A stretch of 32,000 bases of DNA, taken from assembly GCA_048886185.1 (NCBI GenBank), contig JBHLKY010000007.1, positions 120,001-152,000 of the forward strand, read 5' to 3'. The notes beneath the pieces were generated by a model. That model searched no databases and was not told the DNA's origin. It was given only the letters and a program-made list of their open reading frames with translations. The stretch is from Candidatus Hermodarchaeota archaeon (GTDB taxonomy: Archaea > Asgardarchaeota > Heimdallarchaeia > Hodarchaeales > Hodarchaeaceae). Position 1 is the stretch's first letter, and the number at the start of each line of letters is the position of its first letter. Below, one piece after another: positions 1 to 9,471 of this stretch. The position numbers and the translations under genes were made by a program.

Positions 1-2
1 TC

Positions 3-419
3 GCTTTAATTTTTTGCCTAGCTTTTTACCATCAAGAAAAAGAAAAGTTTAAGGATGATAAAATCGGGAGATTGCTTATAATTATTGGAATGATTGCGTT
101 TTTCTTTGCTGTTCTAGCATTAATTGGCATTAGTATTTTTTCAGAAGATTTTGGGGCTATTCATAGGTTTGTATCAGAAGTCTTTTTCACCTGTATTCCC
201 TTCGCTATGTGGTTTTTTGGAGGTGCATTTTATCGCCAAAAGAAATTGAAAGTTATGGGTTTGTTAGCACTTCTTATTGGCACCATAGCAGGTATAACAT
301 GGATTTCTTATTTCATTCTCCATTTATTTTCTGGAGTGGCTATCCCTGAGGCTATTTCGTCAATTGCTGTGAGTTTTTGGATTGTTTTACGTGGTGTACA
401 GTATTACTGGTATGGATAG
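3..419 (+). CDS. DUF998-like membrane protein, 5'-truncated by window start
   Basis: The frame of ORF 72..419 is open back to position 3 (ALIFCLAFYHQEKEK...). It has several hydrophobic segments, an IHxxVSxxFF segment and a C-terminal GVAIPE motif that I recall from archaeal DUF998 proteins. Confidence 0.55.
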   Translation, partial: ALIFCLAFYHQEKEKFKDDKIGRLLIIIGMIAFFFAVLALIGISIFSEDFGAIHRFVSEVFFTCIPFAMWFFGGAFYRQKKLKVMGLLALLIGTIAGITWISYFILHLFSGVAIPEAISSIAVSFWIVLRGVQYYWYG

Positions 420-615
420 TCAAAAATCACCATAATATTGCTCATTATGGATCCTTTCAAGGTTTAAAAACTGACAAATAAAAGGAGAAAAATTCATTGT
501 GTTTATCATGGTTTCTTTTTCCTTCCTCTTGTTATTAGCATAAGCTTTTAGATTATCACACGACAGAAGCATAAATCATCTTGAATTCACGAACTGATAA
601 TAAGGAGAATCCATT

Positions 616-2019
616 TTAATCCTTCTCTATGATTAGTTCATCAGGGAATTTCGTAAAGACAAATAGAGCCACTAACATTGGGATAAAAGCAAAAGCTCCC
701 ATGAGTAAAATTGGGCCTACTGGGTCATAGATGTAATACGGAATATCTAAGCCAGTTCCAATATAATCAGGATGCGGAATGATGTCAATAACAAATAGAC
801 CTAGTATGAGTCCTTCTAAAAAGATAGCAACGGCAATAGCTAATTTTTCTGTGAATTCTTGAAACGCATAATACATTGATTCCCTTCTAAGACCTAATCT
901 TTTCTCCTCCTCATCCACAATATCCCCAACAATGGTTGGTGGAAATATCCATAAACCACCCATTCCGAAACCAATAGTACAGATCATAATGAATGCAATA
1001 AATAGATTCTTGGGGAAGATAAGGAGTAGGAAGCTCAATAGTAAGGGGATTGTGAAAACAATCATAGAAATAATGAATGCTCTTTTCTTGCCCAAATATC
1101 GAGGACTTGAGAGTTTTCCCCAGATAGGAAAACTAATAATCGCTACGACAATCCAGGGTGCTGTTAATACCATTATTTGATCAAGTTCTAGAGCAAGAAC
1201 ACTTACTGCGAAGAATGGCATTACTGCATTTAGAATTCGGAATGAGAACTGCATCCCAATCTGATTAGTCAAGAAGATTTGATAAGCCTTGTTCTGAACA
1301 CTTATCTTCAATGATTCCAATAATGAGACATGGGGTTGTTTCCTAATTTCATCACCAGGTAATTCTTTGATAGGAAGAACGGCAATGATTGTTAAAAAGA
1401 CAATAATTCCTAAAATAGTGCTTGTATTTGAGAATCCAATGTTATCATACATGATTGGAGCAATTACAACACCAACAATATTCGCTAAAATCGCGAAAAT
1501 GTTACCCCAAACTGCTAATGTTACGCGTTCACCTGAGGTAGGAGCAATTTCAGGTAAAAGTGCATAAATGGGAACGAATACAAACGTAAATAGAGCATCA
1601 AAAATAGATATTATAATAAAAAGATATAGTATAAGAAGTAATTCTCCCAACCCATCTGAAAAAAGAGATAGTAGAAATATTGGAGGATTGAAAAGAAGTA
1701 TAAAACTTAAAGTCATAGGTAGAATTCCAACAAGAACGAATGGTCGACGCCGTCCCCATCTTTTCCATCGAGTATTATCAGATAACCAACCCACTAAAGG
1801 ATTCACGAAAGCATCAACTAATCGTCCAACCATTAGAGCAGCCCCTACCAAAGCTCCGATTACCATTGGATGGAGGGAAACGCCAGTCATTCCTTCAGTT
1901 AAATAGAAAAATAGGACAAATCCTAATATTGATGCATTTATTATAGAAATTCCAAAATTAGCTGTGGAATAAAGAAAAATTTCCTGTCTTGTGAGTTTTC
2001 TTTGGTGAAATGTATTCAT
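616..2019 (-). CDS. MFS transporter, glycoside-pentoside-hexuronide (MelB/GPH) family
   Basis: 467 aa with about 12 TM segments. GPH-type motifs DAFVNPLVGWLSD, RWGRRRPF, DIVDEEE and RRESMYYA. GAGGT SD upstream of the ATG. Confidence 0.85.
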   Translation of the reverse strand: MNTFHQRKLTRQEIFLYSTANFGISIINASILGFVLFFYLTEGMTGVSLHPMVIGALVGAALMVGRLVDAFVNPLVGWLSDNTRWKRWGRRRPFVLVGILPMTLSFILLFNPPIFLLSLFSDGLGELLLILYLFIIISIFDALFTFVFVPIYALLPEIAPTSGERVTLAVWGNIFAILANIVGVVIAPIMYDNIGFSNTSTILGIIVFLTIIAVLPIKELPGDEIRKQPHVSLLESLKISVQNKAYQIFLTNQIGMQFSFRILNAVMPFFAVSVLALELDQIMVLTAPWIVVAIISFPIWGKLSSPRYLGKKRAFIISMIVFTIPLLLSFLLLIFPKNLFIAFIMICTIGFGMGGLWIFPPTIVGDIVDEEEKRLGLRRESMYYAFQEFTEKLAIAVAIFLEGLILGLFVIDIIPHPDYIGTGLDIPYYIYDPVGPILLMGAFAFIPMLVALFVFTKFPDELIIEKD

Positions 2020-2083
2020 CAGTGGAACCTCTTGGCGTAAAAACAGGATTATTGGGTTTCAAACTAAAGAGAAATTTAACTAC

Positions 2084-2764
2084 TTAATCCCTGCTACCAC
2101 CAAAGAGGTAGATAAAAATCAATAATAATTCTTTTAATAGATAAATTATGTCATAAAAGAGCCACAGTGCCATGAGAGCTGGTGATGAGAATGCTCTATT
2201 CTCAAGACGAGCAAAATCAAGGAACATATATATACTGAAAATGGCTGCTCCGAATAGACTGATTATCAGATAAAATACTGGATCCGCACTGTAAAAGAAG
2301 AGCCCAAACAATAAGAGGATGAAAAAGCAGATAACTAAAACAATGACTAATTTTGTTATTTGATTGATCCTTTTATATGTATGGCCTGAGAACAAGTACG
2401 CTGCCAAGACGACAATTGTGGTTGTACCCACTGCCCCGACAACTAAAGCAACATCTAAAGCAAGAGCTATATAGACAAGTAATGAAAGGGTTATGGAACT
2501 ACATACAGCAAAAGAGTACAAGAGGATAGTAGCTGTTGATTCACTAAATTGTGTCCTAAATAAACCTGAAAACAACAGAATCATGATGATTATAAATTCA
2601 CCTGCGCTTCCTACCCAATAAAGAGCTAATGGAACATCTAGCCATAACATTATCCCAACAGTGATAGTTGCTAACATTAAAGCAATACCTAGATGTCTAT
2701 AGGCTTCTATTTTTATATCATATCCTGTATATTGCCTCGTTTCCATTCTATAATAATATGACAC
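2084..2764 (-). CDS. Bax inhibitor-1/YccA (TMBIM) family membrane protein
   Basis: 226 aa, about 7 TM. Both Asp of the TMBIM di-aspartyl sensor appear present (MFLDF and LFYDIIYL), and the C-terminus is GGSRD. GTG start with AAGGTGA SD. Confidence 0.8.
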   Translation of the reverse strand: MSYYYRMETRQYTGYDIKIEAYRHLGIALMLATITVGIMLWLDVPLALYWVGSAGEFIIIMILLFSGLFRTQFSESTATILLYSFAVCSSITLSLLVYIALALDVALVVGAVGTTTIVVLAAYLFSGHTYKRINQITKLVIVLVICFFILLLFGLFFYSADPVFYLIISLFGAAIFSIYMFLDFARLENRAFSSPALMALWLFYDIIYLLKELLLIFIYLFGGSRD

Positions 2765-2780
2765 CTTATTTCACCTTATT

Positions 2781-4691
2781 TCATTTGGGTTTATCTCCAC
2801 TGAAATCTTTCATAAGGTCAATCGCTGAGCTTACTTCATCAATGCTAGCCCCATCTTCAATTGTACTTAAATCTCCGAGGTGTTTTCCTTCATAGACACC
2901 TTTCATGACTCTTCGCATTATCTTTCCACTTCGAGTTTTAGGAAGCATTTTGACAACTTCAACAGCTTTTGGTGCAGCAATTGGACCAATATCCCTACGA
3001 ACAATTTGAATTATTTCCTTTTTAAGTTCATCTGAAGACTCAAATCCTTGTTTAAGTACTACAAAAGCAATAACAACAGTTCCCTTAACTGGGTCCTCGA
3101 CCCCAATGCATGAAGTTTCAGCAACAGCATCATGAGAGGACACAGCTTCCTCAATTTCTCGTGTGCCTAATCTGTGACCTGCAATCTTTATAACTTCATC
3201 TGCACGTCCTAAAACCTTAAAATATCCCTCCTCATCTCGAATAGCATAATCACCAGTGTAGTAGTATTGTTTTCCTGGGAATATTTCCCAATAAGTCTTC
3301 TTGTAACGATCATCATCACCATAAATAGTCATCAGAGTTCCTGGGGGTAATGGTGGACGAGAAACAAGGGTACCTTTCTCTCCATTAGGGATTTCATTAC
3401 CCTTTTCATCTACTACTAAAAGATCATACCCCATTGCCGCTACACCAGCAAATCCTGGTTTTACAGGAATGTCTTCAATACATCGTCCTGTTAAAATACT
3501 CCACCCAGATTCAGTCTGCCAATAGTGGTCTACTATCCGAGTATTGAGTGTCTCCTTTGCCCAGTAATACGTTGGTTCATCTAATGGTTCCCCTGCTAGA
3601 AAAAAGATACGTAAGGATGACAGATCTCGGTCTTTTATCCATTTGATAGGGAATTTTCTAAGGATTCGTAAGGCAGTTGGTGCAGAGAAAACAACTGTGA
3701 CTCCATACTTCTCCATTACCTTCCACCATGCATCGGGTTCAGGATACACAGGTGTTCCTTCAAAAAGTACTGTTGGAATCCCAAGAAGTAATGGTGCATA
3801 AATGATATATGAGTGTCCGACTACCCATCCTATGTCGCTAGTCGAGAAATAGACATCTCGATCAGGTTGACAATCATAGATTTGGGTCATTGATGCATGT
3901 AAAGCTACCATATAACCTCCAGTGTCACGAAGAACTCCCTTAGGTTTTCCAGAGGTACCAGATGTATAAAGAATATAAGACGGATCTGTAGAGTCCATAA
4001 TTTCAGGTTCTACAAAATTTGATCCTTTATTATGAAGTAGTTCAAGCCAATCAAGATCACGATCTTTGGTTTTTGGAAAGTTAGGATTCAATCCTCGATT
4101 CAAGACAATTACATGTTCTACTTCGGTGGATGCCAACTCAAGTGCTTCATCAACAATTTCTTTTAGTTTAACTATTTTTCCGTTACGAGATCCAGCTTCA
4201 CATGTGAGAATCAATTTTGGTTTGGCATCATCAATCCTCCCTGCAAGTGATTCCCGACTAAACCCCGCAAAGACTACAGAGTGAATGGCACCAATTCGAA
4301 CACATGCTAACATTGAGATATGTGCTTCAGGTATCATTGGTAGATAAATTATAATTCGGTCCCCCTTTTCAATGCCAAGATTCTTTAGTACACCTGCAAA
4401 TCGGTTAACTTCTCGATATAAATGATAAAAAGTGTAGATTCGTGATTGACCTGTTTCTGGGCTTTCCCATATTACTGCAGCGGTTCCTCGTTTCGATCCA
4501 AGAGCGTGGCGGTCAACTGCGTTATAACAGAGGTTAGTTTTACCTCCTACGAACCATTTGAAAAAAGGGTAATTGGAATCATCCAGGACTTTATCCCACT
4601 TCTTGTACCAATGTAGTTTCTCTGCTTCTCTACCCCAAAATACTTGAGGATTTTTAATCGATAAGTTAAGAGCTTCTTTATACGATTTCAT
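2781..4691 (-). CDS. prpE: Propionate/acetate--CoA ligase (AMP-forming), PrpE-like
   Basis: 636 aa. AMP-binding motif YILYTSGTSGKPKG followed by RDTGGY (PrpE-type), SDIGWVVGHSY, DHYWQTE, and PKTRSGKIMRR carrying the catalytic/acetylation Lys. Confidence 0.85.
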   Translation of the reverse strand: MKSYKEALNLSIKNPQVFWGREAEKLHWYKKWDKVLDDSNYPFFKWFVGGKTNLCYNAVDRHALGSKRGTAAVIWESPETGQSRIYTFYHLYREVNRFAGVLKNLGIEKGDRIIIYLPMIPEAHISMLACVRIGAIHSVVFAGFSRESLAGRIDDAKPKLILTCEAGSRNGKIVKLKEIVDEALELASTEVEHVIVLNRGLNPNFPKTKDRDLDWLELLHNKGSNFVEPEIMDSTDPSYILYTSGTSGKPKGVLRDTGGYMVALHASMTQIYDCQPDRDVYFSTSDIGWVVGHSYIIYAPLLLGIPTVLFEGTPVYPEPDAWWKVMEKYGVTVVFSAPTALRILRKFPIKWIKDRDLSSLRIFFLAGEPLDEPTYYWAKETLNTRIVDHYWQTESGWSILTGRCIEDIPVKPGFAGVAAMGYDLLVVDEKGNEIPNGEKGTLVSRPPLPPGTLMTIYGDDDRYKKTYWEIFPGKQYYYTGDYAIRDEEGYFKVLGRADEVIKIAGHRLGTREIEEAVSSHDAVAETSCIGVEDPVKGTVVIAFVVLKQGFESSDELKKEIIQIVRRDIGPIAAPKAVEVVKMLPKTRSGKIMRRVMKGVYEGKHLGDLSTIEDGASIDEVSSAIDLMKDFSGDKPK

Positions 4692-4762
4692 TGATCCAGA
4701 CCGACCTATTGTAATAATATAAATTCAAGAGGTTATCACTGGTGCTAATTGTTCACAATTTA

Positions 4763-4806
4763 AAAAGAATTTTCTTTCGTCAAAAGAAAGATAACGAAAT
4801 TCTTTT
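4763..4806. repeat. Imperfect inverted repeat in the divergent prpE / metallophosphoesterase intergenic region
   Basis: AAAAGAATTT (4763-4772) is the reverse complement of AAATTCTTTT (4797-4806). Inside, TCTTTC can pair with GAAAGA, or TTTCGT with ACGAAA. Confidence 0.45.
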
Positions 4807-4901
4807 CTGTTATAAAGGAGATTGATGCTAATAACTAGATAGGATGAAAATCTTCGGATGAGGTTATTTTCTCAGTAATAGAAAAGTGTGAGGCCAAGCA
4901 A

Positions 4902-5897
4902 TTGACTATAAAACTAATAGCTATTTCTGATCTTCATCAAGGTAATCCTATCTCTTTTCACAGTAACATCAAAGTGATTCCTCAAGAAAAATTAATCTTT
5001 AACTTAATAAAGAGAAAACCAGATGGAATTCTGGTTGCAGGTGATCTTCAAGATTACATGTGGAATCTAGGAGTAGACGCTGGAAGTGTTAGTGAAATTA
5101 AAGTACAACTGAGAAATGATCCAGTATTTAAAACACTTAATAAAAGTCCTGTTCCTGTTTTTTTTATATGGGGTAATACGGATATTATGGATTTTGAAAA
5201 AGAATGGTCTGAAACAAATGTTACAAACGAGTTACGTGCATGGTTTTGCGACGAATTCCAAAATTTAAAAAACTGCCACAATCAAGTTCAATATATCAAA
5301 GGAGTCCCCTTATTGGGATATTCTGATGCTAACAAAACTACAGATAATCATAGTGGAAAATGTTGGGATGAACCAACGATCCTTAAAGACTTTCAAAATA
5401 AGCTTCAAGATTTCAAGCTAGAAAAGAAACCCCCAATTTTTATGACACATTGTGCTCCTAGGGGAGTTCTTGACTTTTCTAGCTTAGGTGGTCGTCACAT
5501 TGGTTCATATTATTTAAGGGAGCTTATTGAAACATACCAACCTATTCTTTCAATATTCGGGCATGTGCATTATTGTGGGGGGTATTCTGAGTTTATTGGT
5601 AAAACCCAATGTATCAATGTATCTTCCTTTGGTATTGTGGTATCTCATGAAATACTCTTTGGACAGAGTGCATTCGAACTCCACATTGATTCCAATCCCT
5701 ACCGAGTTAGTTCCACAAAGATGATTGTTTCACATTATTGGGAAGGAAAACAGAAAAAGGCATTTGTTGAGTATCGTCACTGTCAAGTTTGTGGACGTCA
5801 CACACCATTTGCCAGAAAGCAGTTTAAAACCTGTCGTGTTTGTTTAGCAGCACGAAGAATTGAGGATAGGCAAAAACAACAAACTGAAATTACTTGA
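4902..5897 (+). CDS. Calcineurin-like metallophosphoesterase (Icc-like) with C-terminal Cys4 zinc finger
   Basis: Motifs SDLH, AGDL, GNTD, THCAP and GHVH. C-terminal CQVC-x12-CRVC. Confidence 0.8.
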   Translation: MTIKLIAISDLHQGNPISFHSNIKVIPQEKLIFNLIKRKPDGILVAGDLQDYMWNLGVDAGSVSEIKVQLRNDPVFKTLNKSPVPVFFIWGNTDIMDFEKEWSETNVTNELRAWFCDEFQNLKNCHNQVQYIKGVPLLGYSDANKTTDNHSGKCWDEPTILKDFQNKLQDFKLEKKPPIFMTHCAPRGVLDFSSLGGRHIGSYYLRELIETYQPILSIFGHVHYCGGYSEFIGKTQCINVSSFGIVVSHEILFGQSAFELHIDSNPYRVSSTKMIVSHYWEGKQKKAFVEYRHCQVCGRHTPFARKQFKTCRVCLAARRIEDRQKQQTEIT

Positions 5898-5923
5898 TTC
5901 TTTGGAAATCTTCTTCCTCTTGC

Positions 5924-7009
5924 TTATGTGAATGAATATTCATCTAGCCCTAATTCTTTTTGTATTATAAGCAGATCTTGAAGGACAGAGGAACCTATAG
6001 GAATTCCTTTCTTTGTACGTTCGATTTCCATTTCATATTCCTTCTCGCCAGCAGTATAAATTCTTGATTCTCCAGGAGCTTTTTTCGATCTTCTTAGTTC
6101 CCGTAAAATATTACCTGCAATCTTTTTAAATACTTCAAGAGGGATGAAACTTTCAATATTGATAGCTAGAAAGAAATGGCCGAGTTTATAGCCCTTTTCT
6201 AATGTTAAATCTTTCATAAAAGGGCCTCCTGTTAATGCTCCAGCGAGTATTTCAACTGCAGTTCCATATCCATATCCCTTATGCCCCCCTAAAGTTTCTC
6301 CTGCACCTCCTAATGGTAATAAGGCAGCAGTTCCTTTTATTAATTTATTTAGAATTGCCACGGTATCTGTAGATTGTTCTCCGCTAGAATCAATGACCCA
6401 TCCACTTGGTGAGGGGGTTTTTGTCCTTGCAAGTACTTCAATTTTTCCTCTCTGAGTAATTGAGGTAGCACAATCAATCAAAAAAGGAAATTCCTCATCA
6501 GTGGGGCATCCAATCGTCAATGGATTGGTTCCAAGCATTGGTTCAACACCGAATGTCGGTGCTATAGACGGACGAGCATTTGTTAATGTTATTCCAATCA
6601 TTCCTTCCTGGATTGCCATTAGTGAATAATATCCTGCAATGCCATAATGGGTTGAATTACGAACTGCAACAGCACCTGTACCATATTTTCTTGCTTTTTT
6701 AATGGCTAGGTTCATTGCATTATATCCTGCAACATGACCCATTCCATGGCCTGCGTCAATCAATGCTGTGGTTTCTGATTCTTTTACTATTTCAAATGTA
6801 GTAACTGGTTTTTGGAAATTGGCAAGGATTCGGTCATAGTACATTTTTAATCGTTGTACACCATGGGATTCTATTCCACGAAGATCGGAACTGATTAAAA
6901 CATCAGCACAAATTTTAGCATCTTCTTTTGGCACTTTAAGGCCAATAAAAACATCTTGCATGAAATTATGTAAAGTTTTAGCGTCTATGCGAATAATATC
7001 TTCAGTCAT
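5924..7009 (-). CDS. Ldh_2 family 2-hydroxyacid oxidoreductase (malate/L-lactate/sulfolactate dehydrogenase; AllD/ComC-like)
   Basis: 361 aa. Motifs RGIESHG, NSTHYGIAGYY, LGTNPL, LLPLGG...GHKGYG and GHFFLAINI. Confidence 0.88.
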   Translation of the reverse strand: MTEDIIRIDAKTLHNFMQDVFIGLKVPKEDAKICADVLISSDLRGIESHGVQRLKMYYDRILANFQKPVTTFEIVKESETTALIDAGHGMGHVAGYNAMNLAIKKARKYGTGAVAVRNSTHYGIAGYYSLMAIQEGMIGITLTNARPSIAPTFGVEPMLGTNPLTIGCPTDEEFPFLIDCATSITQRGKIEVLARTKTPSPSGWVIDSSGEQSTDTVAILNKLIKGTAALLPLGGAGETLGGHKGYGYGTAVEILAGALTGGPFMKDLTLEKGYKLGHFFLAINIESFIPLEVFKKIAGNILRELRRSKKAPGESRIYTAGEKEYEMEIERTKKGIPIGSSVLQDLLIIQKELGLDEYSFT

Positions 7010-7113
7010 GAATGTTCACACTCTTTGAGCTGAGACACCAAAGGAGATTCTGTTTAATGATTGCGATAAACAGCCCTATAGAATTATTCGATATTAATTT
7101 AAGGTTAGAGAAC

Positions 7114-8556
7114 CTATTTTAAGTTATTAGCTGCAATTTTATCTAATTCATTTTTTAGGTTTTCATCAACAGCTTGTCTAGGTGGACGTTTGCTTAATTT
7201 AATAGCAATTTCTTTTGCTCTGTTACGAGCTGATGTTTCACCACCTTTCCTCCATTGATCACGGGTCTCTCTATTTATGATCTGTAAATTTTCAACTGTA
7301 AAAGGGAAATAAAGCTCTTTTCTGAATAAACTTAGCGTAGTTGGGTGAGATAGTAATGAAATATTAGCATCATAATCACTAAGAATATCTTGAGCAAATG
7401 GTACGCCATGATCTGTGATCCCTTGAAGAAGATGTTTAACCATTCCTGCGATTTCATTATCAATGATTAATTTCTCGAAGCTTTGAGTTGATTCGAAATC
7501 CAGCATACCAGGCCCAGAAATCATATTGATTCCAGCGAGACCAGCTAGCAATGCCCCCATGCCTCCCTCAAATCCTGCTTGAGCATCAGGAACTTTTGAG
7601 TCAGATAATGTCATATATGCATGTGTTGGTAGATTTAAGAACTTTCCCATTTGAGCATCTGCAATATTAATCATCATTGTCTCAATTGCCCCCATGGGGG
7701 TCGTTCCATTCCTCATATCAAATACTGCTGGAGATCCTCCCCATATAACAGGAGAATTTCTCTTGGCTAGTTGTGAAATTACAAGTCCTGCCAAAGATTC
7801 AGCGGTATGTTGAGTGACACAGCCAATTAAAGTTATAGGAGCTGTTGAACCTGCAAGAGGCATACTAATGAATTCTGATGGGATTCCGCTTCGTGCTGCG
7901 TCAATTACAGATTGAGTAGTTAGATTTGACCACATCAAGGGGGGACTTGGGCATGCATCAAAAATCGCCAAAGGTTTTTCAGCTAGTTTTTCCTTTGAAG
8001 TTCTTGTTGCCTCCAATAACTCTTGCATTATAGAAAAGCTTTCTATTCTAAAAGTGCCTGTAACAATCGGTTTGGAACAATTAATTAATGCGATGTACAA
8101 ACGATGCCAATCTTGAGCATTATTAGGGACATCAGAACAAACAAGTGAGGTTGATTGAGCTGCAAAATTGGGTAGATGGTCCACAATTTTTGAAAACATT
8201 ATGAAATCTGAAGATAATGCTTCTCGTATTGTCTTTGTTTCTAGATCTTGTACGAAAATTGCAGCAGATCCAGGATCAAAGTGAATATTATCTTTTGAGA
8301 GCTGGATTACTTCTCTTCCTTCTCTATCATATAATTTGATTTCAGAGGGAGCGTTGGTGCGTAGCTTTTCAACTAGATCCTCTGGTATAAAGTACCTTAA
8401 ATTTTTATAATGGATCCCTTCCTCCTGTAATAAGCTTTGAGCATCAGGATTTTCAATTATTACTCCTTGGTTGTGAAGAATAGCTTTAGCTTCATTGAAT
8501 ATCTTTTTCATGTATTCATTGGTCAATAATTCAGTTTTGGGTCTTAAAATTGTCAA
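7114..8556 (-). CDS. mttB: Trimethylamine methyltransferase (MttB) superfamily protein, non-pyrrolysine type
   Basis: 480 aa. Motifs SPLMW, SMPLAGSTAPITL, DMRNG and SDSKVPDAQAGFE. The position equivalent to Pyl (LP-x6-[O]-SD) is Leu317, codon TTA at 7608-7606. TTG start with GGAAGATGA SD-like motif. Confidence 0.9.
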   Translation of the reverse strand: MTILRPKTELLTNEYMKKIFNEAKAILHNQGVIIENPDAQSLLQEEGIHYKNLRYFIPEDLVEKLRTNAPSEIKLYDREGREVIQLSKDNIHFDPGSAAIFVQDLETKTIREALSSDFIMFSKIVDHLPNFAAQSTSLVCSDVPNNAQDWHRLYIALINCSKPIVTGTFRIESFSIMQELLEATRTSKEKLAEKPLAIFDACPSPPLMWSNLTTQSVIDAARSGIPSEFISMPLAGSTAPITLIGCVTQHTAESLAGLVISQLAKRNSPVIWGGSPAVFDMRNGTTPMGAIETMMINIADAQMGKFLNLPTHAYMTLSDSKVPDAQAGFEGGMGALLAGLAGINMISGPGMLDFESTQSFEKLIIDNEIAGMVKHLLQGITDHGVPFAQDILSDYDANISLLSHPTTLSLFRKELYFPFTVENLQIINRETRDQWRKGGETSARNRAKEIAIKLSKRPPRQAVDENLKNELDKIAANNLK

Positions 8557-8562
8557 AAACTA

Positions 8563-9450
8563 TCATCTTCCAGTAAGTTCGTCAATAATTTTGCGTAATA
8601 GGTTAATATGGTTTGGTTCAGTACCACAACATCCTCCAACAATTTGGCCATCATAATCAAGAATATGTTTGATATCTTCTGCAAATGTCTCAGGGGATTG
8701 TTTGTAGACTGATTTTCCATTTTCTAGTTTAGGACTGCCAGCGTTTGGTTTTATTGAAAGTGGGATATCTGGAGCAGCAGCTCTCATAGTTTTTATCAGC
8801 TCAAGAAAATCATTACTACTAAGAGTGCAGTTCGCTCCAACAACAGTTACTCCTGAATCAATTAATTCAGAGACACAGTCAAAAACAGTGTTTCCCATAA
8901 TAGTAAAGAATCCCCTTGGGGTTCTTTGATAAGTCATACTAGCAATAATAGGTTTGTCTGATTCAGTTTGAATAGCTAATATTGCTGCTTTCATCTCTCG
9001 GATATCAGAGAATGTTTCAATGTGCCACGCATCAATATAGGGTGCGAGCGCTTGTGCTTGCAACTGAAAGCTCTGTTTTAAATCATCAATAGATATCTTA
9101 CCTACTGGCGGAAGGAATTCTCCAGAAGGGCCAATATCACCTATCACGCACCTTCCTGGAGGACAGACACTTCTTAATATTTCAGCTGAGCTTTTATTAA
9201 TGTCTTTGAGTAGGTTTTGAATACCATAGTTTTGTAAAGCAATATTATTTGCTCTAAAAGTAGCAGTTTGAACCAGATCGCTCCCCGCTTTGTAATATTG
9301 ATCAAAAACTTCTTTAATATCATTAGGACGATCTAAATTCCATTTATCAGGAGCTTCTCCTGGTTTTAATCCTCGACGAATTAATTCGGTACCCATAGCT
9401 CCATCAAACAGAAGAATTTTCTTTTCGCGTAATAAGGAGAGAAAATCCAC
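8563..9450 (-). CDS. Stand-alone homocysteine S-methyltransferase domain (MetH N-terminal Hcy/Zn-binding module)
   Basis: 295 aa. Motifs DGAMGTE, GDIGPSG, ETFSD, GANC, KPNAG and GGCCGT, giving three Zn-ligand Cys. No pterin-binding or cobalamin domain is attached. GTG start with GGTGA SD. Confidence 0.9.
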   Translation of the reverse strand: MDFLSLLREKKILLFDGAMGTELIRRGLKPGEAPDKWNLDRPNDIKEVFDQYYKAGSDLVQTATFRANNIALQNYGIQNLLKDINKSSAEILRSVCPPGRCVIGDIGPSGEFLPPVGKISIDDLKQSFQLQAQALAPYIDAWHIETFSDIREMKAAILAIQTESDKPIIASMTYQRTPRGFFTIMGNTVFDCVSELIDSGVTVVGANCTLSSNDFLELIKTMRAAAPDIPLSIKPNAGSPKLENGKSVYKQSPETFAEDIKHILDYDGQIVGGCCGTEPNHINLLRKIIDELTGR

Positions 9451-9471
9451 GAATTATCTCACCATAATAGA

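Noticed and set aside
430-450. Hairpin CCATAAT-N7-ATTATGG after the first gene
   Set aside because: The stem is short and AT-rich with no clear T-tract, too weak to call a terminator.
932-1946. Four + strand ORFs (932..1180, 1367..1567, 1568..1906, 1740..1946)
   Set aside because: They are antisense shadows of the well-supported MFS gene and carry no motifs.
2762-2781. 10-bp tandem duplication CACCTTATTT x2
   Set aside because: It is real but only two copies, spanning the prpE stop and the next gene's SD/start. It is probably a small slippage event.
7606-7608. Pyrrolysine in MttB
   Set aside because: The ORF has no internal TAG, and the equivalent codon is TTA (Leu).
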